A stretch of DNA of 64,000 nt from Eledone cirrhosa (lineage: Eukaryota), in assembly GCA_964016885.1 (NCBI GenBank), contig OZ024742.1:324384001-324448000 (forward strand), in the 5' to 3' direction. Made by a program: the position numbers and the translations under genes. Within the stretch, counting starts at the first letter, position 1. Each line of letters begins with the position of its first letter. This document shows, piece by piece, positions 32,232-46,988 of the stretch. The notes below the pieces were generated by a model. It saw only the letters and a list, made by a program, of their open reading frames with translations, was not told the DNA's origin and did no database searches.

Positions 32232-32567
32232 TTAATAACTCCAGAAAACCTCTTTGTTGAGTGCTTCTAATCTATTGTAAAACTTTATTCATTGATTAAT
32301 CAATGAACCTTGTTAAACTTTTGGTCATATATATATATATATATTAGAAAGTGAGGTTTTTTTATTTTTTTTATTTTTACAAAATGAAAAATAACCGAGG
32401 TGTCCTACACGAGTGAAAGTATAAAGAAAAAAAGATGAAATCGAAAATGCAACTGGAGTCTTATTTAAAAAAAATATATATATATTTATTTGGTTCCTTT
32501 ACCGGTTTCGCAGTTCTTCTGCTTTTCAAAAGTAGAGTTGAGATGGAGGGTCTGTGGTTTTTCTCAC

Positions 32568-32616
<49 letters not shown>

Positions 32617-32617
32617 T

Positions 32618-32656
<39 letters not shown>

Positions 32657-32661
32657 CATAT

Positions 32662-32730
<69 letters not shown>

Positions 32731-33360
32731 CATATATAAAAAAAAAAAAAGAAAATTATTCCGACTAGTCAGTGCAATTCTCTAGATAATATACCTCCGT
32801 ATGAAATTCCTTCCTGAGCCTTGGAGCTATATTCTTACGAATAATTTTCTTTGGATAACTGCACCGAAGAGCCACTGAGGAAAGAAGAAAACATAGAAAA
32901 ATAACGAAATATTGATATCTACATTTTCGAATTATATTATATGAGCATATTGATTTAGAATAAAAATAAAATAAATAAAAGCGAAACTCGTTCAAATCAT
33001 GCTAATTTTGATGTTTGTTGATATATGTACCACACCGCCAACACCATCGCCACCACCACCATCACTGCCACCACCACCACCACAACCACCACCACCAGCA
33101 TCACATTCCACCACCACCGCCACCACCGACACCGACACCACCAGCACCAGCACCACCGCCACCACCATCACCACCTACACTGCCACCTCCACCACCACCG
33201 CCACTACCACCAACCATCACCACCACCAGCACCAGCAGCAGCAGCAGCACCACCACCACCACCACCACCACCACCACAAGCAACACCACCACCAACATCC
33301 CATTCCACCACCACCACAACTACCGACACCACAAGCACCACCGCTACCCCCCCACCAGCG

Positions 33361-33444
<84 letters not shown>

Positions 33445-33625
33445 TGAGTATGTTAGGTAAACCAATTAAAAGCCAGTTTTCGGCAGCCCTTATTTTAATT
33501 CATATTCTTTTTTCTATTCATATCCATTGTGTGTTGCTGAAAGGACTATTGAGGACACAATGGTCGCCCTTCTTCCTGGCTCTCTCACATATCAGATAGA
33601 TAGATAGATAGGTAGATAGATAGAT

Positions 33626-33692
<67 letters not shown>

Positions 33693-33708
33693 GACTGAGA
33701 GGTAAGAC

Positions 33709-33742
<34 letters not shown>

Positions 33743-34129
33743 GTATAATGAGAGGTAAGATAGAGAGAGAGAAGTAGAAAGTGAGGGGAAAGAGAAATCA
33801 ATTTTAGTGTTTGACTGGTATCTCATTCATCGATATCGAATAATGAAAAGCAAAGTTAACCCCATTCAAGGATTTCAACTCATAGCGAGATCCAGAACGA
33901 ATACAACAGAGCTCTCTATCCGACGCCCCAACGAGTCTGTAATTTCGCCGCCTTTTCTTCTTATTGAAATAACGATAGTGCCAGGTTTTTTTGTTTTTTT
34001 CAAACCCAGATGTCAACTCTATCCTGGTTACAAAAGTAGACAAAGTTGTAATCTCAAATTGAATAAAACATGCATAGCAAGTACGTAAAACCTACTTCCA
34101 CAGTCATCGCCTCCATCTCTCTCGTCCCT

Positions 34130-34390
34130 CACCATCTCTTTGTATTATGAACAAATGGGTCCCACGTGCTGACCGCCCTACGGCCTCGGCGGACAGATTG
34201 GAAAAGGCATTTCCCCGGAAGATGGTAAGAGAGATGCGCTGGAAGAGCCATTCCATCTCGTGAGGCTCACACCTACGGCTAGCCAGCTCAGCGCTTATGT
34301 TGGTAAATAGGGAGGTAGCCCTAGGACCAAGGACATCAGAAGTCTCCACTGCTAGGAGCACGACCGCAAACCTGTCGGAGAACGGCCGAT
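34130..34390 (-). pseudogene. CRE-like RLE LINE C-terminal fragment
   Basis: LAVETSDVLGPRA...LFQRISLTIFRGNA. Confidence 0.65.
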
Positions 34391-35064
34391 TTATGGTACG
34401 TTGTATCTCTGTCAATTCCGATGACGAGTGTTGCAGTGCTTGGTCAACGGAACAGACTGATCGTAAAAGTAACGTGGCACTACATTCCACAGACACATAT
34501 ACCCTTAACTTAATTCTCAAGAAAATTCAAAGTGACTCAGTATGGCCTTTTGAATTACAACTACATCATCCCTGTAGAGAGAAATAACATTTCTTGCTCC
34601 AGGGTACAACGCAACGGTGGGAATCGAAACAACAAAATTACGATCGTGAATCGAACAACCTAACCACTAAGCTATGCCCCATTACGAATAGATCAGTATC
34701 ATGGAATAAACTAACAATATAAAACAGGGAAGGATGAGATTAACATTCCGAAAATTAATTCTCATTAGTCATCGAAAAAGTTTAGACAATATAATTACAA
34801 AAAATAAAGAGAGAAAAACGCATGTTTAATGTAATATTCATTTAAATTCAATATTTTCCAGTTTAGAAAATGACACTACACAACATCATAACCCTGATAA
34901 CTTTCACCCTGTTTAAACTAAATTAAAATCAGATAATTTTAAATTAATTTGACAATCTAATATAATATTCATTAAAATATAATATTTTGTCATTGCAAGT
35001 TGACGCTAAAGAACATTCGTAATCCAACGATTATCTTTTAAAATTAACTTGTTTTAGATGAATG

Positions 35065-35099
<35 letters not shown>

Positions 35100-35470
35100 C
35101 AAGGTTTAGCAAATAAGAAAAAGTTTCAAAATAAATAAAAAAAAATTCACTGTACTCACTATGGTTACCTTTACCGAATCGGTTTCGAGTCTCAAAAATA
35201 AATGGACAGTCCTTGCGGCCTTCCATTGAAAAGATAAACTCTCGTCAGAAGGTTCTTTTCACTCGGAGAATATAAAATTCCCGAGTCCAAATTACGAACT
35301 GGCGCTATTCAAAATTGTTCCCGAGATGAGAGTGAATGATGTGGAAGCAATTCTGTCCAGTGCCGTGTGTAAATAGCAGCAGTCAGAACGACCCAATTTT
35401 ATCCACATTAGCATATGGTTGGACAATACATGTGTCCCTAGACGCTTTTTGTGTGTAGGGATATATACTT

Positions 35471-35577
<107 letters not shown>

Positions 35578-35619
35578 AACTCGGGGTCATACTTGTTCCT
35601 ATATATATATATATATGTT

Positions 35620-35687
<68 letters not shown>

Positions 35688-35904
35688 AACAAGTATGACC
35701 CCGACGGCAGAGATCAAGCCGTTTCGACGGCTAATTCTGGACTCAAGCCGTTTCGGCGGCTAATTCTCGTCCAGAATTAGCCGTCGAAACGGCTTGAGCT
35801 CTGCCGTCGGGGTCATACTTGTTCCTATTACCCACTCTACTACCCTAAGTATTGAGTACTTTGGTGCGTTATGGTCCATCTGGTTCCTTACCACATTTCC
35901 TTCG

Positions 35905-35950
<46 letters not shown>

Positions 35951-35952
<2 letters not shown>

Positions 35953-36977
35953 TAGCAGCAGTACCCAGCATTGCCTGGGTAGGTAAAATAATATCTGCTT
36001 TGATGAAAAGGTGTTGATCTTAGGGACTGCGAGTTTCTTGAAAATCGGTCGTAAGGTGCAGCAGATGGCGAAATGTTGAGTGAAATCGTATGGAATATGT
36101 GGGGTGTGGGGTGTGTGTGTGGAAAAAAAATCGTATTTTGAAGAGTTAAACGGCTGCCACGCCGTCCCTGAACAAAAAATGCAAAGTGTAAAGCTACTAT
36201 AAGATGTGCAATGATAGCTTCTATCGTAGTATAAAAGTTGAACCAAATAAATTTATTTATGTGTGAGGTGGCGCCGAAGTTTCGAATTTGAACGAAATCG
36301 GTTGAAAAATGTGGGAGCTAATGATAGGTTCTATTGTAGTATAAAAGTTGAACCAAATAAATTGATTTATGTGTAAGGTGGAGCCGAAGTTTCGAATTTG
36401 AACGAAATCGGTTGAAAAATGTGGGAGCTAGAGCCGAAAAGGTGGTATTTTCGAATATTTAAGCGGCTACCACGCCATTCCTGAACAAAAAGAAATCCAA
36501 AATGTAAAGCCACTTTACGACGTGAAATAATCAGATCTAGCATAGTGTAAAATTTGAACAAAGTAGGTTGATTAATGTGGGAGCTAGAGCCGAAAAAGTG
36601 GAAATTTGAGTATTAAAGTGGTATTTTTTGAATATTTAAGCGGCGGCCACGCCGTCCCTGAACAACAAATGCAAAATATATAGCCATTACAGGATGTGCA
36701 ATGATAAATTCTATTTTGCTTTAACATTTGAACGAAATCGGTGGTAAAATGTGGGAGCTAGAGCCAAAAATCTTATTTTTCGATACCTAAAAAAAGGTGA
36801 ACCCCTATCGATTTTTATCTGCAGAATGACCCCGGAATAAAAACACGATACGCTGATACATAGAAAACACTCCCCGATGACTAATCTATGAGCCTGTAAA
36901 GTTTCATGAAAATCGGTCGTAAGATGTAGGCCCCTATAGGTAATACACAGACACACAGACACACACATACTTAATTT

Positions 36978-36985
<8 letters not shown>
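35951..36985. mobile_element. Helentron-associated (DINE-1/HINE-like) non-autonomous element with internal tandem repeats
   Basis: Starts ACTAGC..ACCCAGCATTGCCTGGG; ends AAAGTTTCATGAAAATCGG..ACACAGACAC..TTTTATATA; internal repeats containing GAAATCGGTTGAAAAATGTGGGAGCTA. Confidence 0.65.
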
Positions 36986-37015
<30 letters not shown>

Positions 37016-37016
37016 G

Positions 37017-37690
37017 ACCGCCTCACCTCAGAAAGAATTTCTATAGAGTTTTGACTGAGGAATGCTCTCACAACTGACCAATGGGAGGAGAGGATCTTCC
37101 AAATCTTTCTAACTTTGAGATTGGTTATAACACACATTTTATTGGATTATCTTATTTTATTCTTTTATCATCTTATCCCTTCTACCATTTTATATTTTTT
37201 TGTTTACTTTTTTGTTTACCTCTTTACTTAGACTAAAATAAAATAATATAAAATAATATAATATAATATATCTTATTTCATTTTATTTTATTTTACTCTA
37301 CTTTTCTTTATTTTATTCGTATTTTTTAGTCTCTTACCTTTTCATCTCATTCTATTGTTTTTTTTATTATTTAATATTTCTTTCTTATTTTTTATTTTCT
37401 TCATCTTATTGCCTCCTATTCCTTAATATGCTTGGCACCCCCCCCCCCACTACCACGAGAAATGGTGGCAGGATAGATGCCAACACACACACACAGATCC
37501 TCCTAAAATCAACAGCAGCAGGAATTAAGTCTGACCCCAGCACCAACACCACTACCAACATAAGGGTAGAGATCAGATGTACTTAAGAATAACAAAAACA
37601 AACACTACAGATAGCCTCGCCTCAGAAAGAATTTCTATAGACTTTTGACTGAGGAATGTTCTCACAACTGACCAATGGGAGGAGAGGATG
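37017..37690. repeat. ~75-bp direct repeats about 600 bp apart, TA-flanked
   Basis: 37017-37095 matches 37612-37689. Confidence 0.85.
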
Positions 37691-37735
37691 TCATTTGACG
37701 CTGAAATTCGTTTGTTTAGATTCATTATATTAGTT

Positions 37736-37785
<50 letters not shown>

Positions 37786-37786
37786 G

Positions 37787-37903
<117 letters not shown>

Positions 37904-38063
37904 AGTAGAAGGGATATTTAATTTGTTGGAAATAAAACAAATAAATATAAATGCTTATAACTGATTCAGAGCACTCGACAGTTTTCTGGAGTAAATATTC
38001 AATGATATTAAATAAATGGAAACTATATTTATAAAACCATATTTATTCAATTATATATATTTT

Positions 38064-38855
38064 TGCCCCCTTAGAGGATACTGCTTGACTGATAGGGTTA
38101 TATATAGATGCACTATTACTAGCCACAATAGCGCTAAACATTATATAGGGGCTACCCCCGGCCCGTTCAAAATTAGGTTTCGAACACATCTCCACTCTTT
38201 CACAAATAGAAAACTAAGGCACTCCACTTCGCTCGCGGACTACATCACATCACTAAAGGACTTAAACATCAGCTTCTCCACGCACTGGGAGATTGTCGGC
38301 AGGGCTGCACCGTACAACTTCAAGAGGAAATGCGATATTTGCCTCATGGAGCTCTACCACATCATAACTGCAGCCCACGAGCTCATCAACAGCAGAGCTG
38401 AAACAGCGATAAGTTGTACACATCGCTTAAAAATATCCTTCTTCAGATGGGTTAAGGATGAAGAGTGAAACCGTACACCGGATCTCCATGCAACAAGTCT
38501 TAACACCCTGGCGGGCAGGCGCTGCAAAATAACACCCACGAAACAATCCTTGCATACCAGACCCAGCCTCAGACAAACAGCTGCGGCAAAAAAAAAAAAA
38601 AAAAATTGTCCAGGAAAGACTGCCCTAACACCGACCAGAGTTACCTCCCTTGATCTGCTGCAAAATCAAAGCAAGATATTTTTGCGAGCAATGAACCTTG
38701 ATGTGGATTTAACCCCCAAAACTCTTTCCGAGCAATATAAGGAACACTTGTGATTATTTATGCCCTTGAGAAGCCCAACTGAGCGAAACGTACGTAGGTG
38801 CTGTTTTAAATAAACATGTTTTAACGGTCTATTCTCCGATTTTTTACTTTCCCAC

Positions 38856-38860
<5 letters not shown>
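38064..38860 (+). mobile_element. PLE 3' part: GIY-YIG domain (38064-38468), 3' UTR and HHR-like motif at 38761-38801
   Basis: VIYRC..HYIG..FKIRFRTH..CDIC..E..INSRAE; gccc-TTGAGAA-gcccaactgagc-GAAA-cgtacg-TA-ggtgc. Confidence 0.85.
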
Positions 38861-38895
<35 letters not shown>

Positions 38896-39336
38896 CGAAG
38901 GAAATGTGGTAAGGAACCAGATGGACCATAACGCTCCAAAGTACTCAATACTTAGGGTAGTAGAGTGGGTAATAGAAACAAGTATGACCCCGACGGCAGA
39001 GCTCAAGCCGTTTCGACGACTAATTCTGGACTAAATAAGAATTTTTAGCCTGGTAAATACATAGCCGAACTTCTCAGGGAGTAATTCCTTATATGGAAAG
39101 AAAGTAATTGTCAAAATGATTGGTCAAAAATTTGTTGTAAAAACAGATGATTCTATCATGGCATTTAGTGGGAGGTAGGGGTGGCTGAACTTGCCAGTAG
39201 AACAAAGAGGGAGTGGGGGAAACCCAGTCAAGCGTTGAAAGTGAAATCTATACAGCCGATTCTAAGGATAGTGTATAGAAGGTCGAAAAAAGTGTACTGG
39301 AGAAGGGGAGGAAGGGGGGGGGGGGCTGAAAGAATA

Positions 39337-40758
39337 GGTAAACCGAAAGGGAGTAAAAAAAGGCCATTATAAAACTGAGGAAATAAATATATAAAAAACA
39401 ATTTCTGGTTACTACTCCATCCCCACAATCACTAAATCTCTCATTGGTATTGCTAAGCTATAGAGAAGTTTAATAGGTGGAGAAAAATACTAAATACGAG
39501 ATTGTAGTGAAATAATTTTATAAAGCCGGCTTTACAGGGGGTCTAACACCACTGCTATAGATAGTTAGTAATCAGCCAATGCTATCTTACAATGACAGGT
39601 TAATAAGTTGAGAACAAACATACTAAAATACCACTACAAAAATACTAATACGAAATATTAATTCAGAATACTAATACATAAATACTAATACAAGACTACT
39701 AATACAAAAATACCACTAAGAAATTTAGAAATCTAGGAAATAGAGCAGCAACCAAAAAGAAAACAATTTACTGGGGTCTAACACATCTGCTATAAAAAGC
39801 GTAATCGGCCAATTCTATCTTAAAATTAGGGGGGTGGGGGTACTGAAGCTACAGAGGACTGATGGGCTGCATCGGAGTGGGCGAAAAGGTGAAAAAAGAC
39901 ACGGAAGGAGATCTGGGGTGTAAGGACTAGGAAGAGATGGGGCGAAGAAGGAAATATAGAGATAAAAAAAAAAGTTACGTCTACCTTTGTAAGCAGGGGT
40001 TACCGCTTACAAAATCGGCAAGTGGGGTGTTTCAGACCTTGTTTACACCCCCGGGTCAACAAGGGCTGATACCCCCCACTTGCCGATTTTGTAAGGGGTA
40101 ACCCCTGCTTACAAAGGTAGACGTAACTTTTTTTATCTTCTTCTCTATGTTTCCTTCTTCCCTCCATTTCTTCCTAGTCCTTCCACCCCAGATCTCCTTC
40201 CTCGTCTTTTTTTTACCTTTCGCCTACCCCGATGCAGCCCATCGGTCCTCTGTAGCCTCAGTACCCCTCCCCACTAATTTTAAGATAGAATTGGCCGATT
40301 ACGATTTTTATAGCAGATGTGTTAGACCCCAGTAAATTTTTTTCTTTCTGGTTGCTGCTCCATTTCTGTGGTTTCTAAATTTCTTAGTGGTATTTTTGTA
40401 TTAGTATTTTTGAATTAGTACTTTTGTATTAATATTTTGTATTAGTATTTTTGTAGTAGTATTTTAGTATTTTTGTTCTCAACTTATTAACCTGTCATTG
40501 CAAGATAGCATTGGCTGATTACTAACTATCTATAGCAGTGGTGTTAGACCCCATGTAAAGCCGGCTTTATAAAATTCTTTCACTACAATCTCGTATTTAG
40601 TATTTTTCCCATTCTCCACCTATTAAACTTTTCTATAGCTTAGCAATACCAATGAGAGATTTGGTGATTGTGGAAATGGAGTAGTAACCAGAAATTGTTT
40701 TTATATATTTATTTCCTTATTTTTATAATGGCCTTTTTTTACTCCCTTTCGATTTACC
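39337..40758. repeat. 1.4-kb palindrome with ~690-bp arms
   Basis: 39337-40030 is the reverse complement of 40069-40758; self-pairing loop. Confidence 0.93.
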
Positions 40759-40796
40759 GAAACGGCTTTAGCTCTTCCGTCGGAGTCATACTTGTT

Positions 40797-40833
<37 letters not shown>

Positions 40834-40899
40834 CTAACCGACCAGGTATGTGCAATCTACATCTTAGTCAGTTGGCTGTGATGCAGATAATATGAAGCG

Positions 40900-41790
40900 C
40901 TCAACGACATGTATAAATTGCACAAGTTGGAGCATTATAGAGTATTAAATACATGGATTTCTGAGGTGTTCGACACCATCACGGTAACGTCGTCCGCAGA
41001 TGCCGACGCAGAATTTCCACGTCCAGAGTTCATACGGGAGGCTCTGAAACAGCTCTACCATCTGCAGTAATGGCTCGGAAGTCAGAACGTACAGATGGAA
41101 AGAGAGAATGAGAGAACATCCTCGACGAACCAAGTGAGTGATCTTGAACGGTTACATTCAAATATATGCATAGGGCTATTTTGTGGTTGAGTTCAGGAAG
41201 AGAAATTGTAGGAGAACAGATTCTGAGCGAGAAATATGTTGCAGCGGTCAGCTTTATGGTAGTCTCTGACAATCACCTAAAGCTGGGAAGAGTTACCAGT
41301 CCTCACGCCTCCGTTGTTAATCGACGTATATCTTTCGAATGGAACATCATGATGCTGTGATGGAGTATATGGTGACGAGAGAAAGTTTGAATGTGTTACC
41401 ACTTCCTAGTAAAGACAGTACACCTGAATCTCATAAGGAAACGATCATTGTTAGTTTGAAACGAGTTGTCTTGGGAAAACCCCGGTGTAACTATCCCAGG
41501 AAATGTATAGAAAAAGAATTGGCTTTATTAGTGGTCAGAAATCTGTGACTATCAGCCCATTCAATATGCAACTTGAAAAAGCACTAAACAAACATATCTC
41601 TCAAGCGTGTTACGTGGAATATGCGAAGAACTGTTTCATGTCTGCAAAACGTCGAACACCTATCGTATTCAATGAACTGAGGTGCTGTAGTGTAGATATT
41701 AATGAACTAAAGGATACTAAGTTGCTTCGATATGTCTCATTTAACAAGGTATTTGTGGAGTATATATTTTCTTTGGTGAAATATATGACC
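40900..41790 (-). pseudogene. Possible highly degraded Mutator/MULE transposase
   Basis: Remnant motifs GNTFKL and RGC..FHL in the expected order; many disruptions. Confidence 0.35.
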
Positions 41791-42641
41791 TAGACCTGCC
41801 AACCTCTAAAAACCCAAACGAGGAGTACCATAAAATAAAGTGCCATAAAATGGGGTGATTTTACATAATAAAAGCTATAATCATTTTCACAAGAAAAGAC
41901 ATCTCTCACCCACCCCAACGTCAGACGGGGAGAGTTGACAGATCTGATATTACTAGCCCAGTAAACACCTAACTATCCATCGAAATTCAAATTGGAATTG
42001 GTAAGCGTTTGTAGTTGCAGATCCCATTCATACGTACCAGATGCGGAATATATTTAACGTGTGTTTTGGCAGCATGTGGGGCTAAACATATTTTTCAGAT
42101 ACTACAGTCAGTTCAAGTGACTATATTCTTAACTCTACACAAAAATTACCTTGTTCCTAGTTAAATTCGAACTATTTTATAGGATTTTTATTCGTTGAAT
42201 ACAGAAAAAAAAGCAACAACAACGGATAATAACTAAATTATTCCTTACAATTTTGTGTGAATAATCGATATCTAAAACAAATTTCGCAATCCACCTGCAA
42301 AGAATGTTTTCTTTTAAATTTATTTTATTTATATCTATTTTGGTAGAGGATGTTTAACTAACAATGACTATAAAACTTAAAATGCAAATGGCTGAACACT
42401 ATCGATGCCATCGTCTTGCCCATTGCTAATGTATATTTAGAAATTGTAGAAACTTTTGATTCTAAATTCAGAGTTGATGTCAACGCTGACACTTAGAGAA
42501 TTAATGAAAGTAGAAAAATCATTATTTAATTTGAAAAATAAAGAAGAAATACTCACAGAAATTAAATGAAAGAGCGATAGAGAGGAGGCAAGAAGCATGA
42601 ATTTATCAAGAGAGACACGAAAAATGGAAATGTTGTGCAGA

Positions 42642-42672
<31 letters not shown>

Positions 42673-45600
42673 GTGTGAGTTACAGTAATGAAACGAGAAA
42701 GAGACGGATAAAGGGAGAAAAAAAAATGAGAAACTATGAAAAAGAGCAATTCAGGCAGACAGAATGTGGTGAAAGGACAGAAATTAAACACGTAAAAATA
42801 TACCAGTATCAGATATCTGAAAAGAAAAGAATACATTTTTAATGTGAAAATAAGTCTAGTCCATCATACTTCAGTCCATCTGTTTTGTCCATCATACTTC
42901 ACCACGCTTATAATAATACATGCAAACACTATATTAAAAAAGGAGAAACAATTTAAATTACAACCCTAAATAAATTAGCAGGGCTAGTCCTCTGTTTCCG
43001 CCACATGGTATATAAAATCTTAGTTACGTGTTTTTTCGTGGATTGTGAAAAAATAGCTAGCCTCTGAAGATGATCTCAATAAAACAACCGGAAATCGGGT
43101 CTGGGTGTTTATCTTCTTCAGTATACGGAGAAATACGTAAATAGGACATGTTTACATATTCAAATAGATAAGTGTATGTTTATGTACACATATCTCGAAG
43201 CTTTGGTTAAAACCTGGACTGTTTGTGAACAGACGTGAATTTATAATACACTTCATCTGTTTACTGCAAAATTCGATTTATAATTTAAGCTATGTTTTAT
43301 TAAATTCGATATATTTCATGCTGGAAATTCGTGGTAGCAGTTGAGATATACCATGGACGAGAAAAACATTATGAAATCAGAAGATAGTGAAGTATAATTT
43401 CGACTGTTATTGAAGCCAATCATCGCATGTAATGTGGTTTTAGTGTAATATTATTTTATCTATTATATAATGTCTCTATAGAATTCATTTGCATCGTAAC
43501 AGAACATTGTGGAGTAATAAATACTGAAATTTGTTAGGAATCATATGCTTTTAGTTTGGACTTTCAATATGAGAAATCCTTCGTGGAATATATACAGATA
43601 GAAAGGTACATACATACATACACACATATATACATAAATACACACACACTCATATACATGCATTCACACACACACTGACATATGCATACATACGTACATA
43701 CAACTATATAAAAAACACCACTTATATCACTTTCTTACACTGCTTATATTATTCATTTCTCATTTGAAAATTTTACCGACTGTTGTCGGACAAACGTAGT
43801 CGAATCTGAATCTGATTTGAATTTAGAAAATAGAGGGATGGAACTAAATAGTTAATCTAGTCCAATGTATAATTATTTTTGATGTTCTATCATTTCCAGC
43901 AAACTGTTGTAGAAATACCTTAATCAGAAATATTTCCTTTAAACCTTTCAATGTCCACGTGGGGCTTTGTGAAGCATTAGTTTAAAACAAACATTAATTT
44001 GGCAAAGAGACTAGAAGGAATTATTGAATAGCTGATACTTTGCTTTCACTTCTTATATATTTACAACGAAAGTTATTAATATTTAAACGTTGATATGTTA
44101 TTAATGTGGTTGTTTCATCTTATTTACTCGTTCTGTTTTGGCTGATGGTATTCTCGGTGGTAATGAGTTTCTTGACAGCATTTGATTGTAAATTCATTTC
44201 ATGAAATCATTGTTGTCATTCATTTCCGGAGGATAGCTAATTATACATAGGCAACGTTTGCATACATTTTCGAAGCATCTTTTATAGTATCTTTTAGTAT
44301 CTTCACGAGAAATCACATTTAGAAGATTCATGTTATTTCTTGAGGCCTATCTCTAAATATTTTCCATCTGCCAGTTTCCTTTCTAATATATCACAGAGAA
44401 TCTTTAACATTTTAAAAACTTGAACACACTTTGTTGCATTGCAGATCAATAATTTTGTAATAGAACTCCTGACGAATGATCAGATCATTTCTGAGATTAA
44501 TGCAATCTTGTATATGGTGTTATGAAGCGGGTGTTATGAAGCGAGTGTTTAAGTAAAAATCTGATATGTTTTTACCATAACACAAATGAAATTGATCAAT
44601 GTCATATTTCAAATGTGTGTTAATATTCTTTATACATTTCTGTTTCTTTCCCAACAGCTCCTTTTCCAGCCACCTTAAATATTGTCTTGTCAAGTTTCTG
44701 ACAACGTTATTTTCTTGATTGTTTCTTTCTTTGTTTCTGATACAATCCTTTTCTCTGATAACTACAATAAAGTATTGGCTAATAACATCTTTAGATATGC
44801 CAATTTACTGTTGGAAGACAATATAAAAAATAAAGTAAAACAATAGCAGCGAAGAAATTGGCAATATTTTAATAGTATCGCTTCAATAAATACATAAATA
44901 AACACGATGTGGCAGTATGCCAAGATAAGACATAAAAATGATAATAAATGATTTATTTCTCTAAGCAACATAGGCACAAGATCTGTTAACGTAAGAACGC
45001 CATCGTTTCAATCAACTTTCGAAAATATTTCTGTTATTTTTATTTATGAAAACAGTGACACATTATATTCAAATCAAACCTCTGTCCCTTGCCCCTCACC
45101 CTTCCTTTAATTACTTAATTATCTTTTTTCTTTTTCTTCTTTTTCTTTCGATTTTTGTTTAATTTAAATATCAATATATTTTAATTGTAAATATCATTGT
45201 ATGCAAAGAGAATAAAATTCTGAAATAAATATATAAACTTTTTTTAAAAGTCAAACCATATCATACTAAAAAAGGAAGAGCATATTGAACAATCTAGTTG
45301 TAGATACACTACACCTAAATAAAAGACAAGATGACTGGCAACAAAGAAACTACTATGTGGTCACTTATTCTGCTAGAAATAGGAAGTGAAATCTCTAAAA
45401 TCACACTCTACGTTTTTACAAAAATGAAGTAGTTTTAAGCAAGATCATCACGGGTGAATAAGATGGCCATGGCTAGAACGCTTTTTATCTGTTCGATTAA
45501 CAGTAAAATGGGGATAAGGAAGTTTATCCCCATTTATCCCTGTTAAATTTAAATCCAGAGCCACAACTATGCTTTAATATGTTTAGCGCTCTTATATATC

Positions 45601-46339
45601 TGTCAAAGAGAGTACCACTAAACGGTCACTTGGCCTGCTAGAAATAACAACTAAAGTTCGACCAAAACATATATACTACCGTTTTAAAAAAGAAAGGAAA
45701 CGATAAATAAATTGAATTTCTCCGAGATACAGTAAGGGCAGTGCGGACGTTTAATCGCAAGTCTCTTCAATTTGAGCTCACAAAGAGCAAAACAATAACC
45801 GGCTCTTCTTCTTCTTCTTCTTCTTCTTCTTCTTCTTCTTCTTCTTCTTCTTCTTCTTCTTCTTCTTCTTCTTCTTCTTCTTCTTCTTCTTCTTCTTCTT
45901 CTTCTTCTTCAGGATATCCACGCTGGACCAAGTGATCCCATGAACGTTATCCAACCATCTTACGCGTGGTCTACCTCTGGGGCTCCTGCCGGTTGGCTTT
46001 GCTTATAAAATCTGTCGTGATTCTTTCCTTATCCCAGCATACGAACATCTCTAATAGGAAATATAGTGGAACATTTTATAATGGTTTACTTGGCCATTGG
46101 ATTTCAACGTTTCAGTAATTGTGTCTTCCTGTGACAAGGACTAACTTCGGTGGAGGTTCTTATTTGAGCAACTCTGTTAGGGAGAGCACTGCTCACCGTG
46201 TGTGTTGGAAAGGTGCTAGAAATGGTAGTTAACATTTTCTGTCACATCAACACTGGTTAGTTCTCTGAGGCTAAGGGTGGTTCATGTCAGCAGGAGCACA
46301 AAAGACAATAGACATGCTAAGTTAATTGCGAAAGAACGA

Positions 46340-46665
46340 GTTAAACTCAACTTTTGTTGTTGAAATGTTAGAACACTTTTGAACCAGAATTTATCAAATT
46401 GACCAAAAAGAAGAATTGCACTTGTAACTAAGGAACTTCAAAGACTACCTATAGATATTGCAGATCTCTCAGAAACGCGTCTGTCAGGTGAAGATCATTT
46501 GACTGATATATCATCAGGATATACACTAATCTGGGTTGGTAAGTCTAAAGGAGAGCGTGGAGAAGGTGAGGTTAGTTTTGCTGTCAGAATAACATCGGCA
46601 AAACATTTACAGTGCCTGTCTAGCATTACAGATTGCACAATGAAGCAACGTGTTCCACTCTTTTG
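46340..46665 (+). pseudogene. RTE-clade APE endonuclease fragment
   Basis: NVRTLL..IALVTKELQRLPIDIADLSETRLSGE..GYTLIWVG..VSFAV. Confidence 0.75.
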
Positions 46666-46683
46666 AACACCATGTATGTATGT

Positions 46684-46988
46684 ATTTATGTTTCTTTTTT
46701 GCTTAATTTCGAGTACATTTTTGACAGGCCATCTTCCTGGTGGCAAGGTTGTAAAAGAAAAGAAATTGTCGTCCCTTGAATCGCAAGAATGTTTTGCAAA
46801 TTTTGAAGGTGCCAGCTGTCGCAGTCATTTGTAGTCTATGAACTAGGGAACTGTTCAGTTATACTTTGGTCCATGCGGGTTGGTATATAACCTATAGTTC
46901 CAATAAAGCTGGGTATGAAGTTGAAAGTGTATCTTGGATACTGGATCTGCAAACTCCTCATCAATTGCCCGTAGATGTCCCCCTTCTA
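46684..46988 (-). mobile_element. Second copy of the TATG-associated RLE LINE 3' end
   Basis: Matches 13549-13875; (TATG)n on both sides. Confidence 0.8.

Noticed and set aside
32999-33599. Pro/His/Thr-rich ORFs
   Set aside because: (CAC)n and (TAC)n triplet repeats open in all three frames
43060-43105. CTGAAGA...GAAA hammerhead candidate (similar weak ones near 6855, 25955, 29815 and 44470)
   Set aside because: Stems do not pair convincingly; could be chance or too decayed to call
41950-45780. Possible host exons in the repeat-poor stretch
   Set aside because: No ORF with a recognisable motif; small exons cannot be excluded without RNA data
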